From Schizosaccharomyces osmophilus (taxonomy: Eukaryota), in assembly GCF_027921745.1 (NCBI RefSeq), contig NC_079239.1, positions 3,348,001-3,412,000 on the forward strand: a DNA stretch of 64,000 bases, in the 5' to 3' direction. The notes beneath the pieces are model-generated. The model did not search any database, had not been told where the DNA came from, and saw nothing but the letters and a program-made list of their open reading frames with translations. Position 1 is the stretch's first letter. Each line of letters opens with the position of its first letter. Of this stretch, positions 46,921 to 59,646 are shown piece by piece. Made by a program: the position numbers and the translations under genes.

Positions 46921-47363
46921 TAGCACAAGTTACGGCTGATTTATGAATACAGGCTACGCTGCTTGATGGAATAGAAATTATCCATAGTCCCAGCCAACCC
47001 TTTTAGACCAATATTAGGTGGTCATTATTTATTTTTTTAAAGAGCAATATACTTTAAGGGAAACGAAATAACTACACAATTTATTGCAAAAAAAGGTACA
47101 TAAAGACGGAGTAGGAGCATTCTTGTAAATCATAATGCGTTACGGTCTCCACCGAACAGACTATAACAAGCATCTATACGACGGTGAACATAAAATAAAA
47201 TCGTAGAAAGAACGTTCACACCCAGCAGTATTTTGTAACATGCAAAAAAGCACGTGTCAAACAAAAACAAACCATTAAACAACAAAAAAAAACAAAAAGA
47301 AGAGAATAAATGAGTCGGAAAAGAGATATAAACAAAATAAAGTAATTATTTATAAGCACGGCG

Positions 47364-49628
47364 CTAACCGGTCGTTTGGTCAGAGTTATCCGGCAAACTA
47401 AACAATCCAATGTCATCTGTCGTACTTGTATCTTTTAGGAATTTGTCAAAATCAAAATCATTTAATAAAGCTGCATCAAGATCCGTAGATCCAGAAACAT
47501 CCAAGACGGGGACATTAGAAGGCTTTTCCAAATTATTCACAGAACCTGGTATAGAAGAGCTATGTTGTCCGGTTTCCTTTAAATTCGGCTGATTTCCATC
47601 AAACTGTTGACCATTTTGCATAGTTGTGCCGCTATCTGAAAAACCAATGTCTTTCATTAATGCATCACTTGAAGGAACAGCAGGAACTGATTCTAACTCT
47701 GATCGATCATCCTTTTGAGCAGGATTTACATTAGGTGTTTCCGTAGTAGGCGGGTTAGACTGACGCCGTTTCTTCGTTTTTGCTCCCGTAGGTGAATCCT
47801 AAATATTTATTAATACTTGTTTTAAGTTGAATATATTATCATATAGTATACTTACCCGGTAGTGAGTTGGCCTTCCCAAGCGATTTAGTGGATTGTTAAA
47901 ATCTGGAGATTGCATTGCGGTATCCGCAGGGCTAGAAATAAGGCCCGTATAATTTAACGACATATTTTTATCAGCAGGATATGGAGAAGCTCGTGCTTCT
48001 GACGCCCTTGGACGGTTTAAGGCTCCCATTGATGCAACATCAGGGTTTGTTATGATATTGTCGGCAGCCGTATTTTCGAGCTGTTTTTCATTCGGTTTCG
48101 GCATGGCATTCAAGGGAACTCCTGTAGTTAGTTCTGGATGAGCAGGAAATTTTCTGTTTTCTGGTGATGTAGATTGATACATCCGGCGCTCCTTCTCTTG
48201 ACGAACCAAAAGTAATCGTCTTTTATTTTGTTGTTCGAGTAATTTCAATTCTTCCATATAGTTTTTTAATGCTGGATTCACATTATTCGGCGCTTGAGGA
48301 ACATTCATGCCGTAGGGCATTGGCTGTCCATATGGAGTCGGTGGTTGGAATCCATACTGATGTGGTTGGGGTACCGATGCACTAGGACGTTGTGGATGTA
48401 CCGGTGTTTTATCAGAACCAGTTTGTTGCAAAGAGGGGTTGGAGTATGAGGGCATAAATTGCCTTTGATGAAACGGTCCATTGTTTTGGAAATTCACTTC
48501 ATGGAGCAGAGGTTGAGCAGAATTTCCAGGAACCATAAAGTTTCCTGAATTTGCCAATGAAGGATCGTAAGAAGCTGGAGGTTGAGGAATAGAATTAGGT
48601 GTTAGCGGCCGACTTAATCTCCGACCCGGTATGGAAGCGCCAGTTGCAGTTGCCGGATTAGGATTCGTGTCAGTAATGCCATGAGATTGATAGTTTCTAA
48701 AGTCTGGTACGGGAGTCTTTTGTGTAGAAGGGAAAGAATCATGAGTAGCAGGTCCCATGACTGGCGGCGTCTTAGACTGGCGATTAGAAGCTTGAGTAGG
48801 AAATACAGGAGGAATCTGAGTCGCGTTTAGACTTTCGGCTTGCTGCTTCTGAGATTGTAATTGACGATAATGTAGTTGCTTCAATTGCTGAAGCTGAGCA
48901 GCAGTAGGAGGGAAAGTTTCTCTACCCTGATTATTCATTACAGCTTGACGCATCAGTTGCTGACGATTTTTATCCATGAGCATTCCATTTCCATGGGGCA
49001 TCCTCGATGGATCATAATTATGAATAGGGTCTCCATTGTACATTTGGGGAGGTGTGGGTACCTGACACATGCCGTTCGGAGGTCCCGACTGCATCGAATT
49101 TTTTTGTAAAAGCTGCATACTCATATAAGACTTTTTCCTTAAATTGCTGATATGAGACATGTAATCCTTGGCAGGCTCTGAACCACTTCCTCGGCGAGCA
49201 TTATAAATGTCCCAAAAAACGTTCCACCATTCAATTAAAAAACCGCCTGAGGAATCAATTGGCAATACTGGAGGCGGTGGAGGATCTTTTCCTGTTTCAT
49301 GATAATTAAAGCCTTGTTTAGCAGAATCAGGGTTTTGTGGGTCATTCAAGTTTGGGCTTTCCCGTTTAACGTTTGCCGGAGACGAAGTTGGTTGCTTATC
49401 GGAAGTCGCCGAATTATTACTTACAGGTCGCACCAGTGTTTGGACTTGCGCTTCTTGTCCAAATGCCTGTGCTGCTTCCCAATAGTTTTTCTTTACGAGA
49501 TAATCATAGATATACGAATTCAGAAGGGATTGAGTCGTTCTATCGGCTAAATTTGTATGTTCATGGTTATTTGCATCATTCAATTTGCCCTGCTGACTCG
49601 AGCCAGATTTTTCAGCCGGTTCTGCCAT
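47364..49628 (-). CDS. adn2: LisH/LUFS-domain transcriptional regulator Adn2 (Flo8/Som1-like), intron 47799-47855
   Basis: SLLNSYIYDYLVKKNYWEAAQAFGQEA; GGFLIEWWNVFWDIY; ALKNYMEELKLLEQQNKRRLL; C-terminal LLNDFDFDKFL. Confidence 0.88.
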
Positions 49629-50864
49629 CAACTGGGGTGGTGTTGTAGTGAGTTGAAGCACTGAAGAGCTTTCACTGTAGAACACAGCATGGGATTTACC
49701 TTGCAGCGAAAGCTTAAGATAAAATAAATACTGTAATTTAATTAGTAATTTATGGACTTTAACTTCTTACTGTCTAAAACATCGCCTCAAGAGAGGTGAG
49801 TCTTTTCAGTTATCAAGAAGTCAAGTCAACGCTTTTAAGCTGACATTATTTTTTCTAAATCGTTACTTATTGTTTCACTTTGAAATAGCTCATCATAAGA
49901 ATGGGGTTTTCAGTCATAAAGGTAGTAAAATCGATGTTTTGACTTTCATAGCGAATGCTGATTGTTCCTTTAATACACACACTACGCGAGCAAATACCAA
50001 AGTTCTATGCTTTTCAATACAATGATTATTAATGCTAATCCCTTTTCTCACTGATTTGCATCAAATGTATAGCATGACAAGAAGATTCAGTTCGCGCGCA
50101 TTCGTTCCTTCTCAGTTGTTGGTTTTATGTAAACTTCTACTCTACCATTTTAATGATCCGCTAAAAGTTTCCTTTTCTTTATTCACTTGTTTCCACTGAT
50201 GCTGCACATTAAAAAAGCTTTCTAATATGTTTGTTTACTTACGAAGTTCTTTTAACATCACTAAGTGAGGCTTCGAAATCTATCAATCTTCTATTAAATA
50301 TATCTAAGAAAGTGATTTTGTAAAACGCAAAAGGGTTTAAAGATGCACAGCGTGATTAAACAGTCGAACAATCTTAATATGCGTTTAATATGATAAACAA
50401 AGAATATCAATATTACAGACTGTCTTTATATGTAGAGAGAGACTATGAAGATTAATACTAGTAACTTAAAGAAAAGCTTATGTTCTAAAAACCAAGCTCT
50501 CAAATGACTTTGAAGGGTTTTACTGCTAATGTAAGATGAAGGTGTCCTTTACAGTTGCCAATCATGAACAGAAGAAGTTTTGCTCTTTAAATGTATTTAA
50601 TTACAAATTTTTGTTATATTCATTTCATTGAATTCCAAGACTCTATACTCTATTTTGGAGTTTTCATGCTTGCTATGTGCGGTGGTATTCTTTTAGCTAT
50701 TACTGTATAGAAGGGCTGCAATTATCTTAAAACAAAATTGACGGGATCCACTCTTAAACCATACCTTACATTGTCTTAAATCGTTAATTTATCATTCTTT
50801 TTGAAAAGTATAAGCGTTCTTCGTGGTAGTTTACTCTTATACGTTCGAGTCATTTCTAATAGTA

Positions 50865-52112
50865 ATGGACAAGCGAAAAGAATCCGAAATTCCACAGAAT
50901 GGACATGTTGTACGTATTCAAGATGAAACTGGTCGGTTTCCTAACAAAATATATAGGTGAAACGACCTCGTGTGGAAGATGTAACTTTAGTCTCAGAAGA
51001 AGATACTGTATCCAGGACTTCTGACTTAGTGGCTCCTAATTTGCAAATGTTAGGACATACTTCAGAAGTTTTAACATCAAGATTTGATCCCTCTGGCTCA
51101 AAATTTGCGTCTGGAGGGATGGATCGTCAAATACGTATGTTCGATGTCTTTCGTCTCCCAAAACTGCTGACAACTAACATTGCTTTTCAAATATAGTTTT
51201 ATGGAATGTATTCGGAGAAGTCAGTAATTTTGGTATTTTGTCTGGTTCAAAAGGTGCCATAACGGATTTACAATGGAGCAGAGATGGTGAAGTTTTATAC
51301 AACGCTTGCTCCGACACTAACTTATACTCCTGGAATACGAACTCCGGACAGAAAATAAGAAAGTACAAAGGCCATGCTGGCGTGGTCAATGCTCTAGATG
51401 TATTACGGGTCGGTTCTGAACTATTAGCTTCAGTCAGTGACGACTCGACTTTGAAGGTATGGTTTTTATACACTTTCGGAATTCAACGTTTGTAAACTAA
51501 CAGAATAATTAAAGGTATGGGATACCCGTTCTAGAGACTGTATACAAAGCATAGAAGAAAAATTTCCACTTACGGCTGTCGCCATTTCCCAGCAAGGCAC
51601 TACTGTATACACAGGAGGAATCGAGGGTAACATCAAAGCTTGGGATTTAAGAACAAACGAAGTTCTCTACACTCTAAAAGAACATAATGATATTGTAACG
51701 AGCTTGTCTTTGTCTAAGGATGGTTCCACTTTATTATCCAATTCTATGGACAACACAGGTAAGCATTTAGCAAGCGAATTGCTGGTTAAAGACACTAACA
51801 TTTATTTATTTAGTACGAACATTTGATGTGAAACCATTTGCTCCTTCCAGTAGACAGATCAATGTTTACAATGGAGCCGTTCATGGATTAGAGCATAATC
51901 TTCTGAGAGCCGCATGGAGTGGTGATTCTCGTTTAGTTGCTACAGGTAGCTCAGATCGAAACACATATATCTGGTCATCCTCTTCGGGTGAAGTGAAATA
52001 CCAATTGCCTGGTCATGAAGGTTGTGTTAATCACGTCGATTTTCACCCTACCCAAAACATCATTCTGTCGTGTTCTTCTGACAAAACAATGTTTCTTGGA
52101 GAACTTAGTTAA
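50865..52112 (+). CDS. spf38: U5 snRNP 40-kDa WD protein Spf38/Cwf17, 5 exons
   Basis: RTSDLVAPNLQMLGHTSEV...; HGLEHNLLRAAWS; YQLPGHEGCVNHVDFHP...SSDKTMFLGEL. Canonical introns. Confidence 0.92.
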
Positions 52113-52241
52113 AGTAAATAAAAATGGCTTAAATGTATTTATTTTATCCTGTAATTATTGTACCTTGTCCTTACCATACTCATCAGCTTTGACACTGCAT
52201 CATACGCTATAGCAGGTAGGATTTGAGGTTTAGTAGCCATC

Positions 52242-53382
52242 ATGAGTAACTTTTTATGGTATTTATTAATTTCTTTATCAAAATTCCTAACAAATGCTTT
52301 TTAGGCTGAATAATCTTGAAGATTGGATGGATGAAGAGCAAGTAAAATTGCTCTTCAACAATACGCCCGTTTCCGTTACTTATTACCAAGATAGTGAATC
52401 TCGTGCTTTACTTAGAACATGTAAAGTTGAGTTTTCTTCTCCGGAAGCTGCCGCTGATGCGCTAACCACTTTATCCGGTCAAAAGACCATTTCTGGTAGC
52501 CCTATCTTATTAGACGTGCTGGCTGATTGGGAAAAGCCAACATATTATATGCTTTTTATCACAAATATTGATCCTGAAGTAGCTGAAAACGAAGTGAAGC
52601 AGTTATTTCAAACATATGGCTGTGTTTCTGCTCGAGTCTTACGATGCATGGATTCATCATCAACAAGTTTAGCATTTGTATGGCTTAATACTTTAGAAGA
52701 AGCAGAAAGGGCGCACGTGGAAATGCAAGGAGCGTTATGTATTAAACGCCCTATTCTTGTACACTCGATTCGATCTGACCAGAATACTTATCTTAATTCC
52801 CCTGGTTACTATGGCTCTCCACAACCTTTGAACCAATTCACGGACCAAAACAATACATCAATTTTTGTATCGGGCCTTTCTCCCCAAATAAACTCTGAAA
52901 GTCTTCGATCCTACTTTGAACATCTTGGTGAAGTATTACATACACAAGTATATAGTGGCTTTGCTAAAATTACTTTTGTACAACGACATAGTGCAGAACG
53001 CGCACTTAACGAGATGAATAATTTCCCAATCCTCGGTCAGCGAATTCAGCTTTCCTGGTCCCGGCCGCCCTCTATGAGTCTTCTTCCTGCTGTTCAAAGT
53101 ACATATTGGCCTGCATTACACGCACCTGTTTATCCTTCCTGGGGAAGTATACCTACGCATAACTTCTCTCCCTTTACATATGTTAATCGCTACGCAGCAA
53201 AGACTTTGAATCAAACCACTCATCTACCTTTACTTCCACCAGGTTTAAAAAATGGAACGGATTATCCTTATCTTCCAATCCCACCCACTATATTAAATGA
53301 AAAGTATCTCGCAGACAAGGAAGCAGTAGACACCCGACTAGAAGCCGAGTCATCTCCGTTAATTCCAGTGCATTATTCTTAA
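52242..53382 (+). CDS. usp109: U1 snRNP-associated RRM protein Usp109 (Nam8-like), intron 52259-52304
   Basis: Spliced N-terminus MSNFLW|LNNLEDWMDEE, three RRMs, and LNQFTDQNNTSIFVSGL...RIQLSWSR. Confidence 0.85.
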
Positions 53383-54501
53383 AAATACTGAGTAATGTAT
53401 GAAATATGCGACGACACAATGGTGTTCCAATGATTTTCAAGTTACGCACTGCAACATTTAATCATAAAAATTGGATGATTTCACTTTTCCGTTTTCAAGT
53501 CCAAGGTATGAATTTTAATAAGCGCGGTCTCATCCTTAAGATGCTTTATTATTTTATAGGTGAAATCACTCATTTCTTAATGTTCTTTGGGATAGGATGT
53601 TCGGGTTATTTTTGCACATAAACCACGACATTGTGTATGTGTTTTTTTTTTTTTTTTTTTTGTTTTTTTTATAGTTAGTATAGAGGATAATTAGATCAAG
53701 TTGTTGTTTATTTGTCAAAATACTTTACTTTATTCTAATTAAACTACTCACTTATTTGAGCACGGAGCTGTGGACTTTGTTATATCACCGTTCTTTTGTT
53801 GCCGACATTTTTACAATGAGATTCAGCTACTGACATTATTTTGTTATTATCTCTTACTAGGTACGAGACTGCACACCCTCAAAACATAGCCGGGGATTTG
53901 TTGAAAAGTTTCGTATGCATCCATACGTAAAATATATGGTTACAGTAACTCTATCCGATGAAAACATTAAACGATAAAGTTGCTAAAGCAAACTTCCCAA
54001 ACAAGCAAGACTTCTCAAAGGTGGTACTTGCCCATTAAGGCGTCACGTTATTGTGAACGGCAATTGAAAAGACCAAATCCAAGTTAGTCATCTAACTGAA
54101 TGAGTAGCTTTGTGTAATGAATTTTTAGATTCAAGTAATTAACCATATGTGATTTCGTTCATAAATTTGCATGTAGTAGAAGGTGATAGTTCCTGCCATC
54201 CACACTATTGAGTTGTCATGCCTGTAACAGATAAGCTTTCAAAGATGAAAGAGAAAGGTAATAGATTGATTCAATAAATCGTCTTTTTTACACTTCTGTT
54301 GTACAACGACACCATTGTAACAAGCCATCAACAAAAATGTCACTCAGTACTCGGTTCTCCTACGAACAATGACTTCCTATTATTGTTTAAATAAATTCTG
54401 AAGTGCTCTGCTTCTCATTTTTTGATGTATATAATATGCTTTCGGTAATTGTTGATTCCTCGTGAGTATGTGGGTATCACTCATAATATTCATTCACTAG
54501 T

Positions 54502-56493
54502 TCAAGTTGGCCCTTTAGAGCCTGAAAAATGCTTTAGCCATAGACTTATGTGATTATCGATGTCAAAATCTTCGAAAGCCATTGTGTCAATTTCCGGATG
54601 AGTTTTGAAATCCTTATCTCCACTTATCCAACTTTGAAGTCTTTCTAAAATCGTTATAGCTTCAATAATACCTTTGCAATTCTTTTTTTCGACTGATTTA
54701 AGAGTTCTCCAAGCACAATTAATGTCAGCTACTACTGCCGACTGTGAAAAAATAAATAATCCCTTTTCACTGCAAGTGAGATACGCCCATACAAGCGTAA
54801 ATACTGCAATTATGTTACCTTTTATAATAGGCTTCAATTGTGGAATACCACGCTGACGAATAATGCCAGCATTCTTAATCCAAGAAGACGCAGAACTCAA
54901 GCAAATAATGCATGCCGAGATATCTGTATGGTTTAGTTCTATGGTAGAACGATATACAAGCATAAGATTTTCCAAATATTCCAATTCTAAATATGCTCTC
55001 GTGCTTCCAAGGGAAGCGTCAGCGTACTGCTTTAGCTCACACTTCCATTCGTCTAATTTTGTATGTAAACGTTGCTGAATACCTTTTTCAATAGTAATAT
55101 GTGCCTGGTACAATTCATTAAGAACATTAGAAGTAAATCGTCTTAAGTTAATAATATGCACGCTTAACTCAAGGTTCCAGCCGGTTGCATTTAAGTCTGC
55201 AATAGATGCGCTTTCTCCAATATCGGTAACAGACGAAAACATCTTCACATCTATGCTGGAATCACTGATACTAACAGGCCTTCCCATACTAGATGCTAAT
55301 ATTCGGTCCAAAGAGTAAAAGGACCAAAAACATCGCCTCATCAGTTCTGTAAGACTATTAGGGATTTCAGATGATGTATATGTAGCTTCACGATGAAGAC
55401 CGAGAGCAATAGCAATAGCTCCAATTTTTCGAATGATGCCATAGGAGTCCAGTCCTGGGACTGACTCAAGCAAGGAAAATATTCCCAAGTAAAGTAGCTC
55501 ACGCAAATGATCAAAGCTGTAGGGGCACCTCGATTTTGAAAGAAAATGAATGGACTTCCAAAAATAGTCCGAGCAATCCTTACCTATAAGAGAAGATCCG
55601 ATCGCTAAACACATATTTGCTTCGTATAATTGGTATGCAGAACTCGAAGATCCATTCTCATAAACGCCGACAAATAATTCTGAAAAGCTTTTCAAATTAA
55701 TAAATGGAAATGATACAAAGTGGTGAATCACTGCCGTTAACAAGGCATGTATAGAATCACGATTAGGAAGCAAGTATAAAGATTCGCTAAAAGGTATTTC
55801 TCTTAAACTAATATTAAAAGGGATTTCCTTTTGAAATGAGGGAAAATTTACCGTAAAGCCATTACGTTCGGCTTCACCCGAGAGACAATTAGCAATCATC
55901 TTTCCTGAACTCGGCCCAATATAATGATCCTTCTCAAAGCAGTTCTCATGAGAACCTGCACTCTGTGAATCGAAAGAAGTTGGTACAGGAAAATCCAATA
56001 TCAATGCATGCATGTAGTTTGTAAGATTTTTTTCTTGTAAATACATCGACATTATTTCAGACTCGTCGCACTCAGAGTTCGTAGGCGATGAAGGAAGAGT
56101 GGGAATAGTAACTGTGGCACCTGTAGGTATAGCCGAAGCGTTAATTCCAGTATCTGATAAAATGGTTTCCAGCCATTGAACTCTGCAGACCAAGCTATAG
56201 GTTTCTTGTTCGGTCATTAAGAACCCATCAGGCATTATGCAGTCACTACCAGCTTTCATACAGCTACTGCAACTTGGTCGTCTAGCATCACATTTCGTTC
56301 TTCTTACATGGCACCTGGTGCACGCTCTTAGTGCTCTCCTGCTCGCAGGTCTTTGACGTTGAGTCGACTTGAATTGTATAGAAAGATCAGAGTTTGGACT
56401 GAAGCTTACGCGATTTGACGCGGTATTTTCGAATGCTCCAAGGGTTGAAGATGTTGAAGGCAATTGTCCTTCATTGCTGTGAGTTTCTTGCAT
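54502..56493 (-). CDS. Zn(II)2Cys6 fungal transcription factor with a fungal-specific middle homology domain
   Basis: ACTRCHVRRTKCDARRPSCSSCMKAGSDC; LGLHRE...RRCFWSFYSLDRILASSMGRP. First ATG at 56493. Confidence 0.92.
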   Translation of the reverse strand: MQETHSNEGQLPSTSSTLGAFENTASNRVSFSPNSDLSIQFKSTQRQRPASRRALRACTRCHVRRTKCDARRPSCSSCMKAGSDCIMPDGFLMTEQETYSLVCRVQWLETILSDTGINASAIPTGATVTIPTLPSSPTNSECDESEIMSMYLQEKNLTNYMHALILDFPVPTSFDSQSAGSHENCFEKDHYIGPSSGKMIANCLSGEAERNGFTVNFPSFQKEIPFNISLREIPFSESLYLLPNRDSIHALLTAVIHHFVSFPFINLKSFSELFVGVYENGSSSSAYQLYEANMCLAIGSSLIGKDCSDYFWKSIHFLSKSRCPYSFDHLRELLYLGIFSLLESVPGLDSYGIIRKIGAIAIALGLHREATYTSSEIPNSLTELMRRCFWSFYSLDRILASSMGRPVSISDSSIDVKMFSSVTDIGESASIADLNATGWNLELSVHIINLRRFTSNVLNELYQAHITIEKGIQQRLHTKLDEWKCELKQYADASLGSTRAYLELEYLENLMLVYRSTIELNHTDISACIICLSSASSWIKNAGIIRQRGIPQLKPIIKGNIIAVFTLVWAYLTCSEKGLFIFSQSAVVADINCAWRTLKSVEKKNCKGIIEAITILERLQSWISGDKDFKTHPEIDTMAFEDFDIDNHISLWLKHFSGSKGPT

Positions 56494-57937
56494 GAGCAAT
56501 GTAGGCGTTCAATAACCACAATTTCAAAGGAAGGCTTAACAGTTCATATAGAGTGAATCAAAAGAAAGCTAGTTTACAGATGTCAAAGTTCGAGTAAGAA
56601 TATCGAACTCAATCTGCAACAAGCTATATAAGTTGGGATGTAAGTTCTCGAAAGAGAATCAGGCCGTAAATCGAATAGTTTATTCTATTCTTTGCCATTG
56701 CTATAGCAAAAGAAATAAAATACTGCGTTTCAATTGAGATATCCAAAAAAGGAAGCACAGTCGCTATGTCCGAAAAAAGAGTGACAGTCCTTTCATCTCT
56801 TTTCATTTATGTATTCAACTTATAATTCACATATTTTCTTACAATCTAAAACGTCTGTCTTTGATCAAATCCCAAAAGTAGAGAACATTCGTTGACATAA
56901 AAAAGGAGGACATCATGCTCAAGGAACATGCTAAGCTCATACTGAAATTGGGGATTGATGCTAGGACGCGCTTTTGAACCTCGTTCTATACGGTACTTAT
57001 AGATTTATTTATGTACGGTAGTGAAAAATACGCCGGCAAAAGAACACTTCCTATTCACCCAACTGGCAGAGTAGGAGTATGAGAAATTAATTTATTCGTT
57101 TCTAAGAACGAAAAGGGGAATATAGCTAAAAGAAGCAAAACAAGGATTAGAACGTAGAGAGGAAATCTTTATGACTCAAAACATGCTTAAGGAATCAACT
57201 TAGAGTTGGAATAATTTCTACTGATGGATCTATATTGTGAATAAATTGTAGTGGAATTCGTGGATTTTAGTATAAGTGACATAAGTGACCAAGACTCAGT
57301 GAATTTTCATACTTATTCAAAATTTATCTGTCTATGAAATAATAAAGCAATTTCTGAATAGAGCCAATTTATGTAGAAAACAAAAATATTATTGACGAAA
57401 ATATAGCAGAAGGACTACAGTATATTGACTTAACCATCATCGGCTCAGCCGATTGTATGGGATGCAATAGTGTGAACTAACAATTTATCAAAATTGTAAT
57501 GAAAAAAGAGCTAAGTTGGGTAGCTGCATTATACAATTAGTTTATGAAAATTATCTTGTTGGCCTTTAGTTATTCGATGAAATACCATTAAAATCATCAA
57601 AATAGTTTATAACTAGGAATGACACAGAAGTTATATGGATAACCCGATGGATATTTTGAGAGGACCAAGCCCATCGGTAGAATCGTTTGGGCGGATGATT
57701 ATTCTTGCTACTTTGTCTGCAAGTACTCAAGGACTCAATCGTCTATAGTGGTTGATGATCGGAATATCCGAATGCAAACAAAACCAGCTTTATCACTGGC
57801 TTCGGCCTTTCAAGAGTTTTCTTTGGGGTCGCCATGTAAGACCAATATTTAGTAATTTCTACTCGCTTTTAAAAGTCAAGATTGACAAAATATCCAACGC
57901 ACACTTGAAATCCGGAAATCCCGAAAATGCAAAAAAT

Positions 57938-58009
57938 GGGCTGTTCTGGGAATCGAACCCAGGACCACCATCACCCTAAGATGGTATCATACCACTAGAC
58001 CAAACGGCC
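57938..58009 (-). tRNA. tRNA-Pro(AGG)
   Basis: GGCCGTTTGGTCTAGTGGTATGATACCATCTTAGGGTGATGGTGGTCCTGGGTTCGATTCCCAGAACAGCCC. A and B boxes present, anticodon arm CCATC-TTAGGGT-GATGG, followed by a T6 terminator. Confidence 0.95.
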
Positions 58010-58159
58010 ACTTTTACGAAGAGTATGCCGTAATTCTTTATTGTGTAATTTTTTTTTGCAATCACTTATCTATGTCATTAACATAATTAAAGAAGTTATC
58101 CAAATTGTGAATTTCAAGACTGGAATTAAATATGATAAAGGTAATTTGGTGTCATACAA

Positions 58160-58232
58160 GGTCGGATAGCACAGTTGGTAGTGCGCATGACTGTTAATCA
58201 TGAGGTCGTGGGTTCGAGTCCCACTCTGACCG
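58160..58232 (+). tRNA. tRNA-Asn(GTT)
   Basis: Acceptor GGTCGGA/TCTGACC, anticodon arm CATGA-CTGTTAA-TCATG, T-loop GGTTCGAGTCC, downstream T-run. Confidence 0.97.
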
Positions 58233-59646
58233 TTTCTTTTTCTTCCTTACCTTAACCTTATTAAGGCGCTTATTTCAATAAAATCATAAATATTTTCCGG
58301 TCTACTTAGCTTATTGTATATATAATGAAACAATTTCCAATGAGAAGATAAATAGTATACTAGTAATACGGACGAAAAGTAATGGACAACGTACTTGAAA
58401 CAAAAGGATTGTATCTATTAACTCTTGCCAACTGCGATTTAATTCACTTACAATGAAACGCAACCACGAAAAAATGTGTTATGAGTTTTCGGCTGCGCCG
58501 ATCCATGTTTTATTTACTGCTCAACCGAGGGGAATTAGAAAATAAAACACTATGAAAATAGAATCCTGTGCTTAATTAAATGATAAAAAAAATCATAAAA
58601 CCTAATAAAATTACTTGTATACCGGTTGAAAAAACAAAGCTTTTCCAAGCATCGTCGGAGAAGCCGACGATGAATAGTGAATTCTGCTAAACCAAATTAC
58701 CAAACATGAACGCATTTTACTATGCCTAAGGAGCTCATCTTGGATAAGCTGACTCCAAATCGGCAGTAGGGATGTTTTATAACAAATTGGCGGAAACATG
58801 GGATCATATACGAAGAAAATGGATTCGCAAACAAAAGCTAAAAGGAACTTGAGTTCAATCATGTAACGCGAACAATTGTTATCACTGATTCTTTCCATTC
58901 CAAGCTGCGTATTCCTGGCATTTCTTTAGAACTTGCGAGCTTCCTTTCCATCTGTGGATTCTTACCAACGGAAATTATTACCTTTTGGCGCTTTGTTTTT
59001 GAATATTACCTCGGCAAAGATAACTGTTCTTCTTCTTGAGAAGTCGGTTCTTTGGGATGCAATAAACCTTTCCTTAAAAAACAACTTCTTTGAGATCATG
59101 GAGAATACCAACACCATGCAATGGACACTTTGGTTCTTTTAAGGCATGGAATAAGATCTATTTTGGTGTATTCTTGGCGCTATTTCTATGCAAGTTATGG
59201 TTCAATAATTTATTGCATCGCTACTTCATTCCTTTTTCTGTTTACACCTCCTTGCTGATAGTCTGATCGGTTTTATCGCCTTTTTTGGAGTATCTGGAGG
59301 ATTCTTTAGAGGGAATCCAAAGTCTCTTAGCACATAAGCTCGAGTTATCTTCCCAATTGAGGATGTTTGATAGTACTATCAAGAAACGTGTAAAGGAACT
59401 ATGGGAGCTTGAGCGACAACGGAGAGATATATAAAGTCTTCTGGTAGCCGCAAAGTTGAAAGCATACCATTGTGTTGAATTTGTTTTATGACACCCTTTC
59501 CTTCCAGGACCTTTTCTATTTCCATCTTTTTTGATCAGGGCCTAGCATAATAGGTTGTAAAACGTTTTCTTTCTTGGATTTTTTCTCTTGCTACAGTTTG
59601 GCTCTTTATTAAAATTCAAATTTTCTTGGGTGAAGCACTTTTTACA

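Larger units (their letters stand above)
57440..58667. promoter_or_regulatory. Five inverted CGG-N5-CCG sites (putative Zn2Cys6 UAS)
   Basis: TCGGctcagCCGA 57440; TCGGaatatCCGA 57759; CCGGaaatcCCGA 57912; TCGGctgcgCCGA 58489; TCGGagaagCCGA 58655. Confidence 0.6.

Noticed and set aside
57752..57979. 75-aa ORF ending ...GLFWESNPGPPSP
   Set aside because: Its end is the antisense translation of the tRNA-Pro gene.
58933..59432. Hydrophobic stop-interrupted frame upstream of the permease as a pseudogene
   Set aside because: No recognisable family motif. T-rich promoter DNA naturally translates as hydrophobic.
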